Counted from the first letter of the stretch, positions 1 through 12,082 are shown. The stretch: DNA of 33,114 bases from Blastocystis sp. subtype 4 (GCF_000743755.1 NW_014569447.1:1-33114); one strand, 5' to 3'. Program-made: numbers and translations. Notes: generated by a model from the letters alone, not told the origin.

Positions 1-102
1 GAAACGAATCTCTGATTGAAACCAAATCTCATTCATCTATCATATGAATTGAAATGATAACAGAAGTATATGGAATGATATTGAATAGAGATTAAGTAAG
101 CA

Positions 103-953
103 TTTGTAGAATGAAGTTATAAGTGAATGACTCCATTTGTTAAAGTGAGACTTGAAACACTCTCTTTGAATCATAATGAGTGTATTTTGAATGATAAGAA
201 TGATGAATTGGAAAGCGTTGTTACAATTACTACAGAACCTGAAGCTATCGTGTTAGCTGTACATCTAATAATTCCTACTATGGTCGTAAGTGAGGGCGTT
301 AATTGCCTCATTTACGAGTCAATGATGGGCCTCAAGCCTCTGATTCTTTTTCATGAAACACTACAACTTTCATTGACCTCTGGTCATACACTAGAGATTA
401 TCATTATCTTCTATTCTCATTAGTTTGACTTGAAAAATCAATAGATAAGAAGCCAGTGATGTGAACTTGTAAGTATCATTCCCTCAAGTCATCAGATTGA
501 ATAACCGTTACCCTAATTAGTTTATCCATCAATTCATTAACATTTGACGTTCACAGAAGATGGATATGCACATCCTTCTGGTCCTGCTTATGATCTAGTA
601 TTTCAACAAGCACCTGATTTGCGTCGAATATTGGGATTTGATGAGATTCAGGCAAGTGGTGTGAAAGGAAGAGAACCAGTGGATTTATCAAATGGATTGA
701 ACTGTATTCGAATCTATAGTAATCTGGTAAAGCAGATGATATCATTTGAAACAAGTCCATTAGTAGATTGTATGATGTACTCAACAATGGGATTGAACAA
801 TGTGTGTTCGTTTAGTCATTTGAACATGCCAGGAGTTCGTATGAGTGATTTGCATTCGGTTCAGTTTGGTTTATGAGATCACAAGGTGAAGTAGTATCAG
901 TCGCTTCAGACATCTACATCAACTTCCAGTTGAGTGTTAATGGGAGGGTTTAG
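103..953 (+). pseudogene. Decayed gene resembling a single jelly-roll minor capsid (penton) protein of Polinton-like/MELD viruses; endogenous viral remnant
   Basis: No recognisable introns. Broken frame: FVE*SYK*MTPFVKVRLETLSLNHNECILNDKNDEL ... DLRRILGF ... PVDLSNGLNCIRIYSNLVKQ ... LHSVQFGL*DHK/GEVVSVASDIYINFQLSVNGRV* (stop 951-953). The LGF, DL-x-G-x-IYSNLV and L(R)D-x-x-G motifs match my recollection of mCP C-termini. In-frame TGAs at 112, 124 and 874; frameshift near 884. Confidence 0.5.
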
Positions 954-1403
954 AGATCGTAGGTTTCTTCTATCCATATTTCTTGTTTGCTGATTATTCA
1001 CTTTGGATTATGTGTTTTGTATGGCAAGATGTGAAAACAAGGCCAGTTGTGAACCTTGCACCAAAATTCTTAATATTTTAGCTCAATTGTTAGGATCATT
1101 AGGAGAGGAGTTAGATCAGTCCCATTGATCCGAAAGAGATTCAGAATTCATTCTAAGGCAATTTAAACACAATATAATATTCTAGTGCCTCCCTGCCAAT
1201 TCACCGTGTCCACACATCCATGGGTTAGGCTCTCCATTGATCCTGTGGAAGTACAACAAATCAGCATATATTTGTCACAAATGGAGTAACGATGAGAAGA
1301 TGACTGTCAATAGCTCTGCTTCTTCTGGAATGGCTTAGTCTCAGACATCAATTGGTATTAGAATGATAATGAGAAATCAAAGGAAGTTCAATCAGCTATT
1401 TGT

Positions 1404-3070
1404 GTGATTGGAATGATAGTGAGTTTCATATCGCTCCTTCTTCTATATAATCTTTTTGTATCGAGGATTCATTTAGTTGGTGGTTTGCAGAATGGCAGAT
1501 CTAAGACAAAGCTGTTATATAAACAGCCTTGTTTGCTTCGTGTATCTCCTACAGTTGGATTATTAAATTCCGAAACGTTACTTATTGAAAGAGGAAATGA
1601 TTCTTCTATTGTTGTGTTCAAAAGGTTGGACCAGATAAATAATCTTCAAAATCCGCATAATATGGAACAAAGAGTCGATGATGCAACTGTTATTCCTAAG
1701 GTAGCAAAGATTGTATGGTTTGTGCAGTAATTCATTAAGTAGAACAGCAACGTTAATTTTAACTCAAGTGTACCATTACTAAGTTATATACCACCTCAGT
1801 TGATTATGGGATCTATCGAGATGATTTCTATTTCACCAGTTCCTAGAAATGTTACTTTCCCTTCTGTACCAAATGTTTCTTCTGTAATGCTTCCTTCTTC
1901 TTCGAGACAAAACGTATCTACTCTCCGTATGCCCGATAAGAATATTTCGATGCCTTTAGCTGCTTCTAAGACTGGAGTTTCTTCTATTGTTACTCCAATA
2001 CCTGTCATAACTACTCCTGCCCCTCTTAAAGCTACTCCTATTCATAAACCGTTGCGAATAGAGATTCACCTCATTCCATAGAATCGTTATTCGGGCAACC
2101 CCTCATCATTTCTTCCCAAAACGCATGGAACCTGTTTTGGACCGTGGAATTGTATTTTATGTATACTCTGGAAATCGCTGTCGTTCCACTCCCAAGTATA
2201 TGAGTCAAACCATTCTGAATTGTAAGTATATGAAGGCAATGAACAACTCCGTATGTCTTCTCTAGCACTGTTTATCTTTAGACGAATATTGCTCTAATGA
2301 CGAATTGTCAGGTTCCTTTGGAGTTAGAAGGTTATGTAGATGTTATATATTATATCCATGCTAGTGATGTATATCCTGGATCTCAATGGTATACTCGTGT
2401 GCTCTATAATGCTTATCCTCCCTTCAGACTGAATTTTGTGTTGGATACACATGTCTGGCCTTGTGATCAGTTGGCTGCAAAGGAGTTGTTTGATCAATTC
2501 GATGCCTCAGATGTGGATATTTCATTTGGGAATCGAAGGAATAGCCACCGCTCTGTTATGGGAGCAGCGGCCCTGTTCAGAAGTAATCCAGCAACTTATT
2601 TCTTCTGGAGACATGCTTATTTGTATATGAGGAAACATAGGATTTCGGATGACCAAAACGGAATGCTGCATGTTCTGGATAGATATGAAAAGAAGCACAT
2701 TTTCAAGTTTCGATGGTTGAGCTTCAATTGGGCTTTTGCTTCACATGGAGTAAAGGCCAATGGCGTATTTAGAGGGTCTGGTCACTGTTACCGTGTTTCA
2801 CTACCTGTGAATGGACCAGTACGTTTTATTCATGGAGAACCTACTGAATGTGAGCTTATAAATGGTCCCCATCGGGAATTTATCAATCGACAGCGGTGCT
2901 ATTTCTGTCCGAGTAAATGTGCTACGAAGGGGAGGAAGATTACTGTTGCTTTTAATGAAACGCAGTTGAAAGAACTTACAAGTCCAATGCCCGCTGCAAA
3001 TCTTCATTGGAGCATGTTTGCTGAATACAGTAGGACAGATATTTTCTGGCCTGAACGAAAAGCTGATTAG
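1404..3070 (+). CDS. Type II membrane GT-A-like (nucleotide-diphospho-sugar transferase-like) protein, paralog 1; multi-exon, 5' end uncertain (may extend upstream)
   Basis: ORFs 1404, 1800 and 2297 are joined by ~30-nt GT-AG introns. Hydrophobic anchor, S/T/P-rich stem, then a domain with PPFRLNFVLDTH (DxD-like) and a DDQ motif. Confidence 0.6.
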
Positions 3071-3119
3071 TGTGTTATGTTTTTGTTGGCATCCATACTT
3101 TTCTTTCTTAGGATTGGAG

Positions 3120-4464
3120 ATGGTCCAATTTGTTAAATACTTGATTGGAATTGTCTTGTTCAGTGCTTTCATTGTGTGTCGAGATCCTCAAGGAAGTTGG
3201 AAGGATAATACCAATTGGGATACGCTAATTTTCCCTGTTAGAACAGGAACTCTTGCTTATTCTAGAATAGTCAACAACAACGAGAAGAAACCGGTATTGT
3301 CATACCAACAACCAGAAAAAGATGCGGTATCAATTGCTACTGGTGCAAACAATTTAATATCATCTGTTTCAAGACAGTCAACAGTGTCTTCGACAAAACC
3401 AGTCCCCAAATCACTGGAGAAGCAACCAACACAATCTCCAAAGAAGGATCCGTTCATATTTCTCACTGTGTCTCAATCGTAGCATCGTGATTCCACCACG
3501 AAGACTTTCTTCGTTTCCTCAACGGATTCCTCCAGTAATGGATCGAGGTATTGTGTTTTATGTATATTCTTATAATGGTTGCTTCAATACGCCTCGCTAT
3601 CTAAACGAGACACTTAGAAACGCACAGTTCATTAAAAAATTGGATTCTATGGTTGAATTCAATTCTTCTTTTCATTTCTAGGCTAACATAGCACTAGTAA
3701 CAAACTGCGCAGTCAGTGATGCACTCAAGCAGACAGTAGACGTTATTTATCAAATAGACGAAGCCGATGTATATCCTGGATCTCAATGGTTTACTCGCAT
3801 GTTGTATAATGCTTATCCTCCCTTCCGACTTAACTTCGTATTGGACACACATGTCTGGCCTTGTGATCAGTTGGCTGTAAAGGAGTTGTTTGATCTATTC
3901 GATGCCTCAGATGTGGATGTTTCTTATGGTAATCGAGAGAATCGATTGTATCCGATGGGAGCAGGTGCTCTGTTCCGAGATTCGAATGAAAGTCATCTAT
4001 TGTGGTTATCCATCTACAAGTGGTTACGAAGCATCAACTATGGTGAGGATCAAGCAGGAATGCTGGATGCGTGGAATAACTATATTCCTAGACACAATGT
4101 CAAGTTCAAATGGCTGAGTTTCAACTGGATGTATGCTACACATGGCATTTCGGAGAAAGGAATGTTCTCAGGTCCCTCTAGGTGTTATCGTAGTTCCCTC
4201 GTTGTTACAGGGCCTGTTCGCTTTATTCATGGAGATCCATCTCAATGTGATGTAATCAATGGCCAGAACCGGGAGTATATTTGGAGGCCAAGGGTAATGT
4301 TCTGGTCAGGAGTGTGTAATACAACTGGAGTTGGAAGGTTTGCAGTGTTTAGTGAAAGTGAATTGAGAGATGCAGTGAATCCATTTGTTATTCCAGACCT
4401 ACGCTGGTCTACTTTTGCTGGTTACAATAAGACGGATTTGTTTTGGCCTGTATTTCCTTCATAA
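3120..4464 (+). CDS. Type II membrane GT-A-like protein, tandem paralog 2
   Basis: MVQFVKYLIGIVLFSAFI anchor and S/T/P stem. Shares DRGIVFYVYS, DVYPGSQW, YNAYPPFRLNFVLDTHVWPCD and GPVRFIHG with paralog 1. TAA at 4462-4464. Confidence 0.65.
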
Positions 4465-4466
4465 TA

Positions 4467-4474
4467 TGTTTGTT
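4467..4474 (+). terminator. TGTTTGTT 3'-end/polyadenylation motif
   Basis: Starts 5 nt after the T of TAA 4462. Confidence 0.8.
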
Positions 4475-4520
4475 TATGAAATGTGAATAGGATTAAAAAT
4501 GATGTCAATTTTGTTTTATT

Positions 4521-6133
4521 ATGGGCATCGATTTTAGCAGTCTTTACGGAAACGGTGCGAGTGGACACGGATCTGGTAGTAGTGGTACAGATGATTTAAA
4601 AGTTTGCGGAATATACCACAGTACGAATGAGATCTGTTATCCTGAGTTTTAGTGAATTTAGTAATTGGAGGGATGCCAAAAGCTGGAAAGTCAACTCTAT
4701 TCAAGTCTTTTCAGAAATCCAGAGATGCTGTCGTCAAGTCAAGAAATGACTCTCTCTTTTCCACGGATATCTTCTGGGAGAATCCAATATCGAAAGAATG
4801 TGCAAAAGTATTTCTTTGTTTCACTTCTACCTGTAGATTACGATTACAGATGCCAACTTCGATGTTTTGTTGGATTCATCGAATAGTATTCTTTTCTTTT
4901 GTATATTTAGTATAGATTCAGTAGTTGGTGCGAATGTCGTTAAAAAAACTATGGATTCCTGCAATTGTTTTGTATTTGTTGCAGATCCTCGATATGTAGT
5001 ATATTAAACAAGTGTAATCACAGTAGGATAGTCTTTTCGATGATCTCCGAACCCAACTCCAATATCTGCCATATAATACTTCTGTTGTTGTAGCATTGAA
5101 CCATGCAGACGAGAAAGATCATTGGATCCTTCCATTTGCAACATTGAAAGAACATTGTCTTGACTTGATCGAAAGTATGAATCGAGGCTTCGATTCCTGG
5201 TTTGTGGAATGCAGCCTCTATCAGAAGTTTGGTTTGAAGGAGTTTTATGTGGTCCTGATCCAACCTTTCTATCGTATGAAACTGACATTTCTTCAGAATA
5301 TGATCCGAGTTGAATTGCGTCTGTGACATGATATGTAGTCAACTGCACAGTCAATGGAGATCGGAAGGAATAGTGTTCAGGATTATTTGAATGTACTTTT
5401 ATGTATGAGATATGATTGTAGAAAGCATCCTATGAAGAATTCATTGCGAGAAAGCAAAAAGAACGAAGGGAGAACAAAGAACCTCATGAGAAATCACGAG
5501 AATTTGATACGCAGCACAGTTTTTATATTCATGATAAGACCAATAATCCACACTTGATCATCAATTCACGTGAGGGTCCCAGCAAAGATTACCGTACGAT
5601 TCCCACGATTCCTTTTAATCGGTATTCGAATTGGAAAGAACTTGAAAGTGGAAGTGATTGTGATGTGGAAACAGAAGTGTGAAATGAGATATAGGAGGTC
5701 TCACCAACCGATGTGATGCAAGTAGGAAAGGAAGGAATCCAGATCGACGCTAAGAAATTGACAGAAAGTCTGGCTGATTTCTTTAGTGATGTTGCTGATG
5801 GTAAGTACGTCAATAGGACCTGATATCTAGAAGATGAAATGGCGAGGGAACTCACTCAATCACTGGATCTGTTTGAGAAGAAAACAGGAGAAGATAAGGT
5901 GACTGTGGAACAACCAGTGTTGGAGGAAAAGTCATCGGAACTAAAAGTTACACCATATGACATACCGAAGACGTGGAAAGGTAGTAAACAAGGGAAAGAA
6001 TCGATTGATATGAGTGATGACGAGATTAACGATGAGAGTGAATATGTGTCAAAAGTGCTTCAGTACAGTCAGACAGAGCCAGCTGTCTCTGGAAAGGAAA
6101 AATTGGAGTATGAAATGGGCTATTCCAAAGGAT
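4521..6133 (+). CDS. RABL6: Rab-like protein 6 (RABL6/PARF)-like GTPase; stop probably created by polyadenylation at T6133
   Basis: Spliced N-terminus GIYHMNLVIGGMPKAGKST (P-loop). ECSLYQKFGLKEFYVVLIQPFYRMK resembles RABL6 ESSMKNSFGLKYLHKFFNIPFLQLQ. Acidic tail; TGTTTGTT at 6138. Confidence 0.6.
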
Positions 6134-6137
6134 TGTA

Positions 6138-6145
6138 TGTTTGTT
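6138..6145 (+). terminator. TGTTTGTT polyadenylation motif (RABL6-like gene)
   Basis: 5 nt after the codon-first T6133. Confidence 0.8.
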
Positions 6146-6226
6146 CACAACTCGTTCAAACCTTCGTTCATCCAATGAGTGATAGAATCATAGAAAGTGT
6201 CAGGAAGATCGTTCAAGACTCTATTC

Positions 6227-7759
6227 ATGACAGAGGTTACTAATAATGAAAAAGAAGAGGTACCTGGAAGAGTCGAAGAGGCTCCAGCAAAGACATTCCG
6301 ATTCATTGATCGTGATGTTAAAATTGGTAGATCAACGGGTTAGACGATAGTAGATTGGCTGAAATTGTAGGTCGATTCAACATCATACGAGTCGGAGAAA
6401 ACAGCTCCTACATCTATTTAGAGGATTGGTTTCACACTATTTCATCCCAGTCCACCAGTAAAGTGATTCTTTTTATCCTTTTGTTTGTAAGTTGTAACTG
6501 GACGAGTTCATGGATAGTATTTGGTCTCTGTATTTTTCTGGGCTACGTTATTTTATTTATTCCGAGATTATGGTTTCGTTGACATTACAACCTATGTCGC
6601 TGCTATGATCATTTCACTCGAAACCATTACCACGGTGGGCTATTCCGTGACGGACATCAACTTTGGAGATCATACAATTGCTTTTTTCCTTCTGTATTGC
6701 GAGATGATGCAGGCAATTCTCATGAATTCGTTCTGTATTGGTCTAATTTACACCCGATTGAGTCGAGCGATTGTAGGACCAAGAATGTCTGATTCCTCTC
6801 TAGACTCGGTCACGTTCTCTGATTTTCACAGATAAGGCAGTAGTTCGCAAAGTAAATGGCCAGTGGTGTCTCGTTTTCCAAGTTTGCGAATTACGCCGAC
6901 AACAATTATTGGAAAGTCATGTTTCCTGTTACTGTGTGCAAAAGACTATTAGTAGCACCAGTGGCGTACCGTATCAGATGTCGCGAATGCAATTGACTGT
7001 AGGTAATGAAGTCTGTTCTTATGCCAAGCATCCTTCAGATATTCCTGGATGTCATTTAATCCTCATGTTACCGGCTGTAATTGTGAGTCTGTACTTTTCC
7101 TTTCACTATAGTGTCATCCTATTGATGCCTCTTCTCCCCTCTATCCGCCTGCAGAGTTAACACGTTCTATATCCTATCGTTCCACTCGCTTCAGCCGCTG
7201 CTTCACCCAGTCCTCCATCCTACGAGTCCTCTCTCTCCTGTTGCCTCATCTGTAGCGAATGCGTAGTGATGTCGAGTCTCGTCCTTCAGATGGGTTCGTA
7301 AGCCAATCGGCGTAAACATGAGAGGATCACATGATTCGTAGACTCCCTTCTCGCGTCTCCATAGACCGTGTCGCGCCTACTCCTGCTTCTCTTGCCACAC
7401 CGTCCTCACGACCTGAAGAGGATACTGAAGATAGTATTGATCGCCTCGTGGGGTCGGATGAATTGGCCGCCAACGAGGAACGTATTGTGACAGCTCAGAT
7501 GATTCTAGACCATATTCGCCGCAATGATTTGGAGATTGTAGTATTGGTAGAAGGAACTGAATCTGTGACAAGTAACAAACTACAGGCGCGGTTCAGCTAT
7601 GCTGCAGATGATATTATCGCAAATTTTGCATTCTCACCTTGTGTCCAGGACGATGGCAATGGAGGTGCGTTGATCGATTTTGAGAAGTTCCAGCAAGTGG
7701 TTCCCTTAAACGAACAGAGTTCAGGTCGAGAATCTCTTTTTTTACAAAGTGTGTTATAA
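6227..7759 (+). CDS. Inward-rectifier potassium channel (Kir family)
   Basis: RFIDRD..GRFNI, YLEDWFHT, two TM helices around pore SLETITTVGYS, ESHVSCY, CHPIDASSPLY, LEIVVLVEGTESVTSNKLQARFSY and IDFEKF motifs; several ~30-nt introns. Confidence 0.9.
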
Positions 7760-7775
7760 TTGTTTGGGTTTAACG

Positions 7776-7783
7776 TGTTTGTT
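7776..7783 (+). terminator. TGTTTGTT polyadenylation motif (Kir gene)
   Basis: Exact motif shortly after TAA 7757-7759. Confidence 0.7.
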
Positions 7784-7978
7784 GGTAGAACTGTTCAGTG
7801 ATTAGTTACTCCCTTAATAATCGCATATTCTTCACGAACTTCCCCTTTTGTTTCTACGTTTTCTAATATCTTGTTGCTGCTTTGGTGAATACTGTCAAAA
7901 GCAGTCCTAAACCGTGATCAGGTTATTGCCATCTTTTCGTGTCTGCTTATTGTTCCTTTGTCCCTCTTTTGAATTACA

Positions 7979-9594
7979 ATGAATTATGACAAGGATGAAG
8001 CAAAAGAAAGTTCACAGACATGTCATCTCTGTGGGAAGGTCCAATGTGGTCAGCGATTGGGTCGAGTGAAATGTTGTCTTTGTAATCGTATTTTCTGTCT
8101 ACAGCAGTTGTCAAGGAAGTTTCATATTATTGCAACGGCTAATGATCCCTATTTCAAGTGTCCTCGATGCACAGGGATATGCTGTTGTGTCTGCAACTGT
8201 CAAAAACCACCTCCTCATGTCCATTGCAAAGTCTATAAAGTACGTCAAAACAAAATGAAGCAAGCTGCCAATGCCGAAACACATTTTGATCAAGAAAATG
8301 CTCCAATCAAGCTGCCAATCCAGGAAATTTCTTCAATCCAATCTGTGGAGGATCCAACTTATGGGAATCGAGCCTATGCAGTTGACGCTCCTGTTTCTGT
8401 CAGTCCAGTCCGTTGGGAGGGAATGAGTGGTAATTGGCAGGATCCGCAGTCGCTGTGGCAGTTACCCAGTTTGGAAGTTCCTGGAAGTAGGTTTAGGGAT
8501 TCAAATAGTCATTTAGTTCAAAATGGAGATGGTTTGACACAACTGAATCTGCGACTTCTGGACAATTGGGATCAGAACTACTACAACACTCCTAACCAGA
8601 GTAAATGTGTTTATCTGTAATAAAATATAGATTATGAAGGTCTGAAGAAGTTTTCGGATAACCTGAAAGTGTATTTCGATGGTTGGCAAGATATGAATGA
8701 ATACGATCGTAACTCTCTGGAGTCGCGGTTATTAGCCGAAGCAGCAAAGCTTCAATTGAAAGCAGCTAAAACCGATGTGTTATTTAAGATGTTGGACAGT
8801 TTCAACAAAAACTCAATACAAGTCACAGTTACCTGGCAATTATTGGATAACACACTTGGTAATCAATATCGGTAGCCCTGAAGAGTAGAAAGAAAACAGA
8901 TCTCCAATTCACTTCCTTCTTTGTATACAATCGTCAAACATTATCCAACTGTTCTGTTTACTCTGGAGAATAATTCAGATTTCGAAGAGAATACCAACAT
9001 TGGAAAGATCAGTGAGACTATGATTGTAGAATGATTGGTAGCCATTACCTTCATGAATACAGGTGCTGTGAAGGATGTAAAGTCATTGTGTACATGTATT
9101 GCTCTGTTGGACAATTCGTTCCGTCGCTTTGCTGATGTGACCGTGAGTGAACAATGGACTGAGCCAGATATGAGTTATAAGACTATTGGTAATATCGATC
9201 AGTAGGAGTGAGAGGCACAAGTGAGCTTTATAGCAAGAAACTGAAGGAGATGATTGCATTTGCAGAGAGGTCGCAGAAGGTCATGGAGAGTTCGACTAAT
9301 GTTTGTCGTGTGTGTGTGAGTTACAGTCGGTCTAAGGAGGATACGTATTTTGAGAACTTACCTTTGATCTCACTTATCTTGAAACGAGTCAGCACAGACT
9401 TCCCAGAGGTTGTCTTCTCGTTATGGCGAATGGTATGTGATGACAAACGAGTTGTGTGTGTTCTTCAGTTCAGCGAAGATAAGGATTGGGTCAAGGTGAT
9501 CAATGGATATGAGAGTTCGATTGAGGTCTGTAGTGAGGATCAGTTCAAGGCCATGTCTCGAGTAAATTCGCAGCCTGTTTTGTTGGATTTATGA
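7979..9594 (+). CDS. zf-4CXXC_R1 (CDCA7-type) zinc-finger protein, multi-exon
   Basis: TCHLC...CCLCNRIFCLQQL...FKCPRCTGICCCVCNC at the N-terminus. Downstream ORFs 8669 and 9208 are linked by short introns. Confidence 0.65.
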
Positions 9595-9645
9595 AGTGTT
9601 TGTAATAATACTGAATACAAACAATCAGATAGAATAATCATATAA

Positions 9646-10521
9646 CTAAAGACTATTAGCAATAGAACCCTGAGGATTCAATGAGAAGACATAACTATCT
9701 CCTGAAAGAGTGACAGAAGAATGAGAACCATCATCTGTAGAGAGAGGCATAAATCTCCTCTGCTTTCTATTGAGCATGTATCGGACAGTAATCACACACA
9801 AAAACAGAAGTAGCAGAAGGAGTTCAATTCTACCATGATACCGTTCCCAAAAGCTCCGACACCCATCAGATGCACTCCGTATCACCGTAGAACCAGAATT
9901 CACAAAGAGAACCCCACTAAGATCGAAATACAGATTCCACTCTTGACCGGTACCAATCTCCTTTATCAATGCATTATAATCAAATTTCGAATCTTTGTCT
10001 GTACAGAAATTATCTCTATAGTTGAACACGATCACATGTCCTACTTGATCTCAAACTCTTTCATGTGCGAAAACCCATTTGTACATTGAACATGATCTGC
10101 CACTATAGACTCGTTAAACGAAAGAAACAACGACTCTACAGCCATTCGAGCTTTCAATGCATACGAAGACTTGTACATACTGGAATCATACTTTTCGATT
10201 TTATACACACGTCGAATCACCATTCGTAGATTCTGACACTCCATGTCTGTGAAATTCGTTGTAATCACTTCTAATTGGGAGAACATACGATTTGAGTCGC
10301 CATGGAAAATATACTTCGTCAACACTCCTATATCATGATTCAACTCTCTCTTATCAACCTAAACTGTTGCACGGAATCGTATATGTTCCACAAACTATGA
10401 ATCAGAAATTGAATCCACCTCTACTTGGTACTTTTGTTCTCGAAGAAGGTTTCAACCCTGTAGAACACTCGGATAGTTGGAACAATAGAAGAATAATTCC
10501 AAAGATAGTCCAAAGATTCAT
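9646..10521 (-). CDS. Hypothetical type I membrane protein
   Basis: Signal peptide MNLWTIFGIILLLFQLSECS, short introns, C-terminal TM (IELLLLLLFLCVITV) followed by basic residues; TGTTTGTA at 9623-9616. Confidence 0.6.
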
Positions 10522-10586
10522 TGTGTAAACTGAAATGCTGTTTTCTGTTTTTCCACTCAACAATCACCTATATCAACTCCTAAATC

Positions 10587-10594
10587 AACAAACA
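10587..10594 (-). terminator. TGTTTGTT polyadenylation motif (UAP56)
   Basis: 5 nt after the codon-first T10599. Confidence 0.8.
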
Positions 10595-10598
10595 CAAT

Positions 10599-12032
10599 AC
10601 TTAACATCCCAAGATTCTTTAGTAATCGGTTCCTGTAGAGAATGCATCTTCGTCTCAAACCGACTCTCCACGTCTCCCAACACCTTTTCATCTTCAGGAC
10701 TGGCCACAAAGGATACTGTGATTCCACTGGTTCCAAATCGTCCCGCTCTCCCAACCCGATGTAGATATGCATCGCTGGTAGCAGGGAAATCGTAGTTGAT
10801 CACCATGTTCACCTTCTCCACATCTACACCACGCCCAAAGAGATCCGTCGTAATTAGAATCGGTGTCTTTCGCTCCTTAAATGCGATGAAATGGCGCATT
10901 CGTTCCTCTGTCGGCATGTTGCTAGTAATCGCTAAACATGGGAAACACCAAGAATTCATTAGCTTCTGTAGAGCCTTTGCACGTACATTGCTTGAAGTAT
11001 ATATGACAAGTTGATTGAATTCCGAATTATCCATGATTTCTGTCAAGTATCGATTCTTGGTATTTTCAGACACTTTCATCACAAACTGTCGTAGTCCATG
11101 GAGAGTCAGTTTCTTATCATCCACTTCGACACACAATGGCTAGAGTTCACATCTCTCCTCTATAAGTACAGATTTCATGAACTTCAAGCACACTGTCTTC
11201 ACTTCTGCAGGGAGAGTGGCCGTAAACATCATCACCTGCTTATCAAACGGCGTGTTCTTAAACACTTCCTGGATGTCGCGACGTGAATCTATGCTTGACA
11301 TTAACCCCATCACCTACTCAGAGTGTTGATTTGAAGATCACATTCATCAACAATGAAATAGCGAAGTTTGCTCACATCAATAACTTTTCGATGCAATAAA
11401 TCTGCGATACGTCCCGGTGTACCCACCAGAATGTCACAACCGCCCTTCAATGCCTCTATATTCTTCGCTACCGAAAGACCACCAAATACAGTCTTCACAA
11501 CTATATTTGGAAGGAACTTGCCAAGACGATGAAACTCCTTTGTCACTTGGACAGCCATCTCTCGAGTGTGGCAAATGACAACACAGCTGATCTATATGTT
11601 ACTTTCTCCAAAAATCATTCAAATTACATGGTCCGAATGCTCAATGTTCTGGAGAATGGAAATGACAAAGACACATGTCTTTCCCATACCAGATCTAGCT
11701 TGACAAAGAATATCACCTTTCATAAGTGCCTTTGGAATACACTGACTTTGTACTAAGAGTGAGAATCCTCTTATCCAACAAATCTACCTTCCGAGGGATG
11801 CTCAAAACCACATTCAGAAATTGACTTCATTAACTCATCCTTCAAGAAGAAGGATTGGAATCCAGAAGCTCCTACTCCCACATAATGTCCCCTAATAGGT
11901 AAACGGGCCACAAGAAATCCACTACTTTGTTGCTGCATCTTCTGTCTCTTGAATAGGAGCTACAGCCAATTGGGCATCTTCCTCTTCATTATAGTCAACC
12001 AGCTCGGTTGTATCCACAGGAACCTTGTCCAT
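10599..12032 (-). CDS. UAP56: DECD-box RNA helicase UAP56/SUB2 (DDX39); stop probably created by polyadenylation at T10599
   Basis: [49 protein letters not shown] and [15 protein letters not shown] motifs. Confidence 0.93.
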
Positions 12033-12082
12033 TTCAAAAGTGATATGATTTCCTATGGCCTAAAGTTAAATTGTGGGATCCC

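Noticed and set aside
1021..1128. Short ORF MARCENKASCEPCTK... next to the virus-like remnant
   Set aside because: 35 codons with no recognisable motif; cannot be assigned to the element or to the next gene.
7235..7320. Apparent Cys-rich insert (CCLICSEC) in the Kir cytoplasmic domain
   Set aside because: Disappears when the 30-nt GT-AG intron gtcctctc...ctgtag is removed.
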